From contig CM097885.1 of the NCBI GenBank assembly GCA_044892525.1, positions 24,306,001 through 24,370,000 on the forward strand: 64,000 nt of DNA. Direction: 5' to 3'. A program made the translations under genes and the position numbers. Shown here in pieces: positions 54,796 through 64,000 of the stretch (its first letter is position 1; each line of letters begins with the position of its first letter). The DNA is from Schmidtea polychroa. Lineage: Eukaryota. Below the pieces are notes generated by a model. It had not been told where the DNA came from, ran no database searches, and saw only the letters and a program-made list of their open reading frames with translations.

Positions 54796-55452
54796 CATTG
54801 CCTGATGCTATTTAATGTTACATTTGGTAATTTTGCGCACGGATCCGCTCTTATTACCCATTTTATAAATGTTGTGCTAGATTTTCAATAATAATTGATG
54901 CTCTTCAGTGTGCTCTTCGAAAAATAGGAGCAGGGATCTGTCTATATTTCTAATTACGGAACCTAATTACTAACTTCCCGAAACAGTCTTTTGTCCTATC
55001 TACTGTATAATACTTAAATAAACACGGTAAAGATTTTATTAATAAAAATCGCCATTCGTACATATTTTTCACTATATATTTCTATAGCATCACTATCATC
55101 ATCAGGTTACCTACATTCACGACGGATGAATAACTATACTATATTGCGAGTCCGGCAACTGGAAACACAAGAAAACCAATCCATAATCGATCGAACAGCG
55201 GCCAATGAAGTCAGATCGGTGGCGACCGAAATGACGGAGATAGCCTAAACAAAAACGTCTAAGGAAAGCCGAGCGAGTCCGGCTCAAGATGCATACCAAG
55301 CCGATCTTGGCCAAGAACCAGATGCCAAAAAAACTTTGTGTGATTACGTGATGATTATCGTGAGCAAATAAATCTGTTCGTGTATTTGAGAAAATATTCG
55401 TGTCATTTATCAAAGAGAGATTTTACCGTTAGATGCGTAATTGGTGAGATAA

Positions 55453-55650
55453 CGACCTAAAGGAAAGTCAGACACATGCCTTCTATCGGCAGTCCGCGAA
55501 CCCGTACGAGTTCCTGAAAATAGTGTATAATGGTATGCTCACTTTTTGCTGGTACTCTCCCACTTGATACGTTACCAATGTTCATCACTCAACGGGTATT
55601 AAGCGGCAACACACCATCGTACTCTGGGTTACGCTGGAAACGGCGCGACG
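55453..55650 (+). ncRNA. Candidate structured RNA module, copy E
   Basis: Homologous to the reverse complement of 5160-5365. Stems TGCC/GGCA, AACCC/GGGTT, GTATA/TATGC and CTTGATAC/GTATTAAG. Confidence 0.6.
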
Positions 55651-56143
55651 AGGTAAAATGCATGCTTACCGGTAACCCACTATCAGTCTTAATTTGTTAT
55701 ATTATTTATTATTCTTTTATTTTTGAGTTGGTAGATTTTCAAATGCGTTATTTTCTATTAACTATTTTGGTGATTGCAACTTCTTGTGTTTATCAATTTT
55801 ATTTTACGAGTTTTATATATTCTCAATTTGTTGTGTACTTTACATTGTATTATTTGATGTATAATTCAACTTGATGCGGTTTTCATGCTATGTGTTTTTG
55901 ACTCATTAAAACAAGCTCTCAATTTTTGATTCTAAACAAACATTATCATCGATGGTAAATATGACCCCAGTGTTGTTCAGAAAGCGAAATATTAAACGTG
56001 TTTCAACAACATCAATCTTATTCAACAATATCATCTATCTCCTTAGGTTTCATTATTGTAATTTAAATAATGTATGATAAGCAAGAAGTGAAAGGTTACT
56101 GCTGAGGGTTGCATAGGAATTTACGGTTTTGGTTATGGTCCGA

Positions 56144-56747
56144 AGTAGTATATAGTGAGGACTCCAGGACACTTTCAAGGTCATCCCAATGTCCAGATCA
56201 AATATAGGTAAATAGAATCATTTTTATTTATTTTTTTTTAAAATTTATTTTATTACTTCTATTTAATTTTTTTTTAATTTATTAATTAATTATTTTATTA
56301 TGTTTTTTGTTTTAATTAATTACTTTAGTTAATTTTCAATTTATTACATTTAATTAATTAATTATTTATTAATATTTTATTTTAATTACTTACGTTATTT
56401 AATTAATTTTTTTTTAATTTAATTTTTTTTTATCTATTATTATTATTATTTTTTTTTATTGTTATTATTTTACATTTACATTTAATATATTCTAAGAAGA
56501 GTGTAAATTGTAACAATAATATTTCAATTTGAATAAAATTTTAATTAGTAATAATCATAAAATAAAGCTGTGTTAATTTAAAATAAAATGGGCATTAATT
56601 TTTCAAAACAAAGCAAAGTTTTTCATGATAAATAATAATTCTTACTTAAAACTAATTATCTAAATTAATTGGACAAATGAATTATTAAATGATAAAACAT
56701 ATTTTAATTAACGAAGTCAAATAATTCACAATATATATTTTATTATT
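56144..56747 (+). repeat. Left terminal inverted repeat
   Basis: Reverse complement of 62522-63125 with only scattered mismatches. Confidence 0.95.
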
Positions 56748-56804
56748 AAACCTTTGCATAGATCTCTTCAAGACCTTTCGAATGATGTGAATAAAATATA
56801 ATAA

Positions 56805-56976
56805 AATTTTAAAATACCGCAACGTAATATAAATTTTGAAATACCGCAACGTAATATAAAATTTAAAATACCGCAACGTAATATATTTAAAAAAATTTAA
56901 AAAAAATTAAAAAAAAACCCTCCCCTCCCCCGGGGGTATGACGTCATATGTCTTTGTGACGTCATCGATGACGTCA
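56805..56976. promoter_or_regulatory. Subterminal motif cluster: 3x AAATACCGCAACGTAATATA and 3x CRE palindrome TGACGTCA
   Basis: TGACGTCA at 56939, 56957 and 56969. ACCGCAACGTAAT repeats at ~56815, 56843 and 56870, with a variant at ~58336. Confidence 0.6.
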
Positions 56977-57089
56977 TATGTCTTTGTTCCCGGCTCCACA
57001 CATTACCCTACTCTACTGTTTTTTCTCTCTCTTTTTCACCCATTTGTTTCTTTTCTCTTTGTCCGATTGGGATTTAAGTGTAACCATGT

Positions 57090-58110
57090 ATAGGCAGAAT
57101 TTAATTCTCTACAAAATGGCTCAATTACAATTTTAGTTTGTCACTTTGTGTGTAATACACACATGTTTTTACGATAAATTTGTATTTTTCGCGCGGTTAA
57201 CGTAATTTTCTCGGATTTTTATTCATATATTATATAGGCAAAATTTAATTTTCTATAAAATAGCTTGATTAAAAATTATGTCTCGTATGTTGTGTGTAAT
57301 ACACACATGTTTTGACGATACATTTGTATTTTTCTTACAGTTAACGTAATTTTCTTAAGATTTTATTCATATAATATATAGATAAAATTTAATTTTCTAT
57401 AAAATAGATTGATTAGAAATTATGTATCTTGTTTTGTGAGTAATACACACATGTTTTTACGATAAATTTGTATTTACTATACGTTAACGTAATTTCCTTG
57501 GATATTTATTCATTTATTATAGAGATAAAATTTAATTTTCTATAAAATGGATTGATCTAGAGTTTAAAATGTTGTATTATTTTATTACTTTGTTGCAATA
57601 TTTTTATAATCTTATAACAATTTGCTTAAATATTTTACACCTGTTGAAATATTTCCGAAATATGTTATTACTTTGTTGTAATTTACTGAAAGACTTCACA
57701 ATTTATTACAATATTCTTTTTAATTTGTTGTCCGTCTTCGAAATAATATATTGATTTGTCTCAATTAACATCATTATTTTATTACTTTGTTGCAATATTT
57801 TCTAATTTTGTTACAATTTGCTTAAATATTTTACAACTGTTGAAAATTTATCTGAAAAACGTTATTACTGTGTTGCAATTTGATGAAAAATGATATTACT
57901 TTGTGGATTCATCACATATTTTTATAATCTTGTTACAATTTGTTTAAATATTTTATAACTTTGTTGGGATTTGATAAAATCATTTATTAATTTTTATCAT
58001 TTGCTTAAATATTTTACATCAGTTGAAATATTTCCGAAATGTCATTACTTGGTTGTAATATATATTTTTTCATAATGTTACAATTTGATTAAATATTTCA
58101 GAAAAAATAA

Positions 58111-58180
<70 letters not shown>
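57090..58180. repeat. Internal tandem repeats of the element (~145-bp x3, degenerate longer units, (AAT)n)
   Basis: GTAATACACACATGTTTT at ~57152, 57296 and 57440; CAATTTGCTTAAATATTTTACA recurring across 57615-58100; AAT microsatellite at ~58106-58180. Confidence 0.88.
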
Positions 58181-58181
<1 letters not shown>

Positions 58182-58352
58182 GAAATTATGAATATGTTGA
58201 AAACTATGAAAATGTTAAAAATAATCATGAAATTGAGGCAAAAATTATAAAAATGTTCCTGAAATTATTATGAAAATGTTAAATAAATAAACTTTAGCGT
58301 CAAAATGTGTTTTAAAATATATTGAAGTTTTAAAATACTGCAACGTAATGCA

Positions 58353-58490
58353 TTTATTTTTCCTACCCCTTCCTTGATTTTGATTGGTCAGAATATATTT
58401 ATTTTTCCTACCCCTTCCTTGATTTTGATTGGTCAGAATTTAATCATGTGTAATATATAAGCAGTAACTTTTCAAATGTTTGTCATTTAA
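58353..58490 (+). promoter_or_regulatory. Pol II promoter of polB: tandem CCAAT-box units, TATA box, Inr-like TCATT
   Basis: Duplicated ~45-bp unit CCTACCCCTTCCTTGATTTTGATTGGTCAGAAT; TATATAA at ~58454; TCATTT ~28 nt downstream. Confidence 0.65.
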
Positions 58491-58511
58491 ACTTTTAATT
58501 TAACTTATATA

Positions 58512-61500
58512 AGTGAATAATATTTTTATTCTCTATCTAATATTAATGATTATTTTCTTTTAGTGAACGGATGCAGTTTATATAAATTTTGTATTGCCGA
58601 AAGTCATGAAGATGTGGAGAATTGTAAATCAGTTACATCATCATATTTCAAGATAAATGACTCTACCTTATCGGGTTACATATGTCCGGAATGTCTCATT
58701 ATATCACCAGGTAGGTGGTTAATGTTTGTACGACAACACGGACACCATCTTAGAAGATTCGAAGAAACGAAGAGCAGGATGATCACTAAAAGTAATACTC
58801 TTTCTACTATTAACAATTATTAATTTTTTATAGTACAATCGAAAATGAATACATCATACGATCCTAAGCCGATTAAAGAATATATTACAAGTTATGTTAT
58901 TTAAGTTGTTTAATATTAATTATAAATATAGTTAGACAAAACTCTGGCACCACAAAACGAAAGTCAATATTTTACGGAAATGGAGACTCTAACATACAAT
59001 TGTGTCCACGTCGGGAGTCTGACTTAAATGGTTCTCGTGTTGAATTGACAAGCGATGTATCTGCAATTAATTCTCCTGACATTTTTGTTCCAGATTGTCT
59101 CATCAAAGAAATAGAAGATCATATTCAACGAATGGGGACAGTAAAAATCCAATTTGGACTTTGTGCAGAGTTTATCAAAGAGGATGGTGAAATTAAAAAA
59201 TGGTGTTTGTCAAATAAAGCAATTACAATGTCATCTTCATTTATTAATGATGGAATTGAAAAATTAAAAGAAAAGTTGGAGAAATACACTCAACAAAGTA
59301 GTGGGTAGAGAATTCATAAAATATTAGAAGTTACTATGATTTTAACTAAATTATCAGACATAATACATGTATCTGGTAAGATTATTTACATTATTATATA
59401 TATAAATCAAGATATTTATTTAGGTTCAAGTTACATTAAAACGCCAAATTACCTGAAAAACTGTCTGGCTTTAGTTAATGTACACAACAATGATCAATTC
59501 TGCTTTTTATATGGCATACTGGCTGTATTACATTATGATGACATAAAACACCACAGAGAAAGAGTAATGAAATATAATTTAAGTGGTAATATATATATAT
59601 TTATATTTATATATTTATATTTATACATATATTATTTTATTTAGAGTTAAAATGGAAATCAGATTGGTTTCCAATGAAGTTGGTTAACATTTGCCAATTT
59701 GAAGCAATGAATCCTAATCTAGCGATCAATGTTCTCAAATATAATAAGGATCCAATTAAACAGAATAGTGAAAATATTTTCAAGAATCCGTTCGTTGACT
59801 TGGCATATAGAAGTACTTCGACGGGATCTCAGATATATCTCCTATTGATTGAAGAAGGTAATATTTCTTTTAATCATTAAAAATATTAACTAAATTTTAG
59901 AATTAAATTATCATTATTTGGCTGTAACCAATCTCGATCGACTGCTCAATTACAGAGATAGAGTAGAAGGAGTCAGAATCCAATCACATTGGTGTCATAC
60001 GTGTCTTCACGGGTTTCGAAAACGTCCTGCTTTTGAAAGACATATAGGTCTTTGTAGGAAGAATGTGGAGCGGACGACTCTATACTCAATGCCAGAGAAT
60101 AAATATATCGAATTTAAAGACTGGAGTAAAACTATAAAACAGCAGTTTGTTGTGTACGCGGACTTTGAATCAATATTACCTCTAGACGACAAACACTTCC
60201 AAAAACATGAACCGATTGCATCTGAATTTGTGCTTCTTCATCAAGGTCATCCGATTCGAAATGAAACATTTGTTGGGAAAAATTGTATCATTCAGTTTAT
60301 ACACGCATTGGATGATATAGCTAAAGACATAGTTTATCCGTGGTATAAAATTAATGGATCGAATGAAATGATGGAACTCACTTGGGAACAGCAGGAAGAA
60401 TTTACGAACCAAACTCATTGCTACCTTTGTAAAAAGATTATCAATATACCTGTTCGGGATCATGATCATTTTACCGGTCAATATCTCGGAGCAGCATGTC
60501 AAGATTGTAATTTGGCTAGAAGAATTAATCCGTCTTTACCTGTTGTATTTCACAATCTTCGTGGATATGACATTCATCATATATTAAAATATGCAATTGG
60601 AAAATTCCCAGATTGGAATTTAAATGTTATTCCACAATCAACAGAAAAGTTTCTCACACTTACAGCAACATCGAAAGGCAGAAGAATTAGATTCATTGAT
60701 TCTTTACAATTTTTAAATAGCAGCTTGGCAAATTTATCAAAAAATTTACCATGTCTTCCACTGACCTCAGATGTTTTCGAATCACAGATGATGACTTGTA
60801 AAACCATTTTTCCTTATGATATGGCTACATCAATGGATGTTTTACAGTCAATAACAGAATTACCTGCAATTTGGGAGGGAGTTAGTCAAGAAGATTATAT
60901 ACATGCAAATCGAATCTGGCAACAATACAACTGTGAGACATTGCTAGATTACATGCTAATATATCTCAAGTTGGATGTTTTTCTGTTGGCCGATGTTTTT
61001 GAAGCCTTCAGAGAAAAAACATTTGACGAAGATGGACTTGAGGCTCTATCGTTTGTTTCCATACCCGGATTAAGTTGGGCATCAGCTATTAAACAGTTAC
61101 CTGAACCGATAGAACTTATTCAAGATCCAGAGCTTTACCGTTTATTTGAAGCTGGTATTCGTGGTGGAATGACATTTATCAACAAACATCATGTTGAAGC
61201 TGATGTATCAACACAAATGTCATACCTAGATGTTAATAATTTATATGGATGGGCTCTGTCGCAAAAACTTCCTGTTGGTGAATTTAGATGGATAAATGAT
61301 CAGACTGAAATGAATGGTATTATTAAAAGATGTGCAAATGGGGATGAGTTTGATGGAGATCGTGGATATGTTTTGGAGGTTGATATCGTCATTCCTGATA
61401 GTATACAGGATAAACTAGATAATTTACCTATAGCTCCTGAGCTTTGTTATCCGCCTGGAAGTAAAGTTGAAAAGCTGTTGTTAACTCATGAGCCTAAGAA

Positions 61501-62505
61501 AAACTATGTAGTTAATGGTAGAGTTTTGACAGAGTGGTTGAGTTACGGCGCAAAAGTCACAAAAGTTAATCGTGCTGTAGAATTCAAGCAAGTGGCTATT
61601 TTCAAAAGATATATTGATTACAATACCAAAATGAGAGCAGCTAGTACGGATTCGTTTCAGCGAGATTATTATAAGTTAAAGAACAACAGTTTATACGGTA
61701 AAACTGTGGAAAACTTGAAGAAACGTATAAATTTGAGATTATGCAACAAAAGCAAAAGATTGATAACTTATTGTAGTCATCCTATGTTTCGTCGTAGCAT
61801 CAAGATTGCGGATGATCTCATTGCTGTTATACTCAATAAATAAATTGTGTGTTTAGATAGACCAATGTATATTGGACAAACCGTACTTGATTTATCCAAA
61901 CTTCGCATGTACCAATTTCAATATAAAGAGCTACAGAGTTATAGAGAAGAATTCATTGTCAAATTAATATCGTAGCCGGTGACACAGATTCCTTCTTTTT
62001 AGAGTGTAAAAATGTAGATTTACGCTTACAACTATATCCAAAAATGATTGAAGATGGGCTCCTAGATACTTCAAATTATCCAGTGACCGATCCGTTGTTC
62101 TCTGATAAAATTTGTTCTGTAATCGGGAAAGTTAAGGATGAGAATAAAGGAAATCAATATAAAGAATGGGTGTTTCTTCGACCCAAGTGCTACTCACTCC
62201 AAGGCGATAAAAACACTCTAAAAGCCAAAGGAATAAGACTAACAAACTCTAATCTTACACATGAAGCCTATAAAAAAGTGTATACTGATGGTGGAACAGT
62301 GAGCATCCCACAAAAAAGAATAGGAAGTGTCAATCATCAGTTGTATACTTTCATGACAGAAAGACGAGCTCTCCAATGTTTGGACGATAAAAGGTATTGG
62401 TACAATTGTAATGAAAGCTATGCCTACGGTCACTATAAGATTCGTCAAATGCATATTGCAACTGCTATGTCTAGAAATGAATGCAAATCGAAACAAGCAC
62501 TTTAA
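58512..62505 (+). pseudogene. polB: Protein-primed family B DNA polymerase (Polinton/adintovirus type), 6 introns, ~1236 aa when repaired
   Basis: ExoI VVYADFES, ExoII FHNLRGYD, ExoIII YLKLDV; Pol A YLDVNNLYG, Pol B KLKNNSLYGKT, Pol C AGDTDS; LRPKCYS, KAKGI, LDDKR. EndoVII-like insert CYLC..RDHDHFTGQYLGAACQDCN. Lesions: TAG at 59306-59308 (SSG[W]), TAA at 61841-61843 and a 1-nt frameshift near 61953. Confidence 0.93.
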
Positions 62506-62521
62506 CAATTAAATTTATGTG

Positions 62522-63125
62522 AATAATAAAATATATATTGTGAATTATTTGACTTCGTTAATTAAAATATGTTTTATCATTTAATAATTCATTTGTCCAA
62601 TTAATTTAGATAATTAGTTTTAAGTAAGAATTATTATTTATCATGAAAAACTTTGCTTTGTTTTGAAAAATTAATGCCCATTTTATTTTAAATTAACACA
62701 GCTTTATTTTATGATTATTACTAATTAAAATTTTATTCAAATTGAAATATTATTGTTACAATTTACACTCTTGTTAGAATATATTAAATGTAAATGTAAA
62801 ATAATAACAATAAAAATAAATAATAATAATAGTAGATAAAAAAAATTAAATTAAAAAAAAATTAATTAAATAACGTAAGTAATTAAAATAAAATATTAAT
62901 AAATAATTAATTAATTAAATGTAATAAATTGAAAATTAACTAAAGTAATTAATTAAAACAAAAAACATAATAAAATAATTAATTAATAAATTAAAAAAAA
63001 AATTAAATAGAAGTAATAAAATAAATTTAAAAAAAAAATAAATAAAAATGATTCTATTGACCTATATTTGATCTGGACATTGGGATGACCTTGAAAGTGT
63101 CCTGGAGTCCTCACTATATACTACT
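62522..63125 (-). repeat. Right terminal inverted repeat
   Basis: Begins 17 nt after the polB stop and ends in CTACT, followed by the TSD GTCCGA. Confidence 0.95.
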
Positions 63126-63577
63126 GTCCGATTGTCGTATTTATGATCGCTGGTAGGTATGATGATCTGGAAGTGAATGAAATATGCTTAATAGAAGGTT
63201 CTAGTTTATTCACTGGAAATTTAATTCCATGGGCCGGTAATACATATTACCGGTAATTTTCAGGGTCCTATGTTGTTGATTTTAATATCCCTGTTGTGCG
63301 TGATGAACTACATGGCCTAATTATATACGGATTAAGCCTCATCTGTCTTAAGTCTGTTTATCATACCTCTGACTCCCTGACTCAGTACCAGGCTGTCGAA
63401 GATTAAGATTTGATCAAACGATTTAATACAAACTCTTACATTGTAATTTATATTACTGTTAATTATATTACAAGGGCAAAAAGAAAAAGGCGACAATCAA
63501 AAGGATGAAATTCAAAAGTACGTATTAGTAAAACAAACAATAAAAGAGCGAATATAATTAATATTATAATTAATATT

Positions 63578-64000
63578 AGTAGTAGGATGTGTCACCTCCA
63601 GGACACTATAAAATAAGTTGTATAAAACAAGTTAAGTAGTATAAAATAAGTATAAATTAAGTTAAAATTTAAGTAGGTCAAGTTAAAATTAAGTAGATCA
63701 AGTTAAAATTATGTAGGTCACGATTATATAGTTTAAAAATATGTAGGTCAAGTTAAAATTAAGTAGATCACGACTATATAATTTAAAATATGTAGGTCAA
63801 GTTAAAAGTAAGTAGATCACGACTATATAGTTTTTAAAATATATATAGGTCAAGTTACTTTAAACATGTGTCACCTCCAGGACACACACATATATATATA
63901 TATATATAAGTAGGTCAAGTTAAAATTAAGTAGATCAAATTAAAATTATGTAGGTCACGACTATATAGGTATTAAAATATTTAGGTCAAGTTACTTTAAA
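63578..64000 (+). mobile_element. Left terminus of a second, related Polinton-type element (runs off the window)
   Basis: AGTAGTA followed by CTCCAGGACACT at offset +18, the same spacing as at 56144. Then ~19-20-bp tandem repeats (AAGTAGGTCAAGTTAAAATT) and a second TGTGTCACCTCCAGGACAC at ~63867. Confidence 0.65.

Larger units (their letters stand above)
56144..63125 (+). mobile_element. Minimal Polinton/Maverick-type element (6982 bp) encoding only protein-primed PolB
   Basis: Termini AGTAGTATATAGTGAGG... / ...CCTCACTATATACTACT; ~604-bp TIRs; perfect 6-bp TSD GTCCGA (56138-56143, 63126-63131); internal pPolB gene. Confidence 0.93.

Noticed and set aside
55459..55670. RNase P/MRP RNA (AGGAAAGTC resembles CR-I; ATGCTTAC resembles CR-V)
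   Set aside because: The two motifs cannot form the P4 helix, and AGGAAAGTC is not conserved in the other four copies of the module.
58085..58273. Poly-Asn ORF inside the Polinton-like element
   Set aside because: Generated by an (AAT)n microsatellite.

Overview
AT-rich eukaryotic genomic DNA with short (~40-60 nt) GT-AG introns and dense transposon debris. A planarian/flatworm-like animal is plausible, but that is inference only. Host genes: two divergent tandem CDC20/Fizzy-family paralogs (16274-23746 and 31097-32941, +), a NOL4-like gene (34524-42614, -) and BAG6/Scythe (46866-52500, -). TEs: two related Ty3/Gypsy gag elements, a Gypsy RT remnant, two piggyBacs, pogo, MULE and several hAT derivatives with clean 8-bp TSDs. 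Two things stand out. (1) A complete ~7-kb Polinton/Maverick-type element (56144-63125) with AGTAGT termini, ~604-bp TIRs and a perfect 6-bp TSD (GTCCGA). It carries only a protein-primed PolB gene, which has six spliceosomal introns and an ATG formed only by splicing. A second, different terminus sharing the same terminal motif begins ~450 bp downstream. (2) A ~200-nt module present in five divergent copies (near 5.2k, 11.0k, 26.2k, 54.7k and 55.5k). Two copies are linked to the Gypsy gag elements, and its stems show compensatory base changes, making it a candidate undescribed structured RNA.
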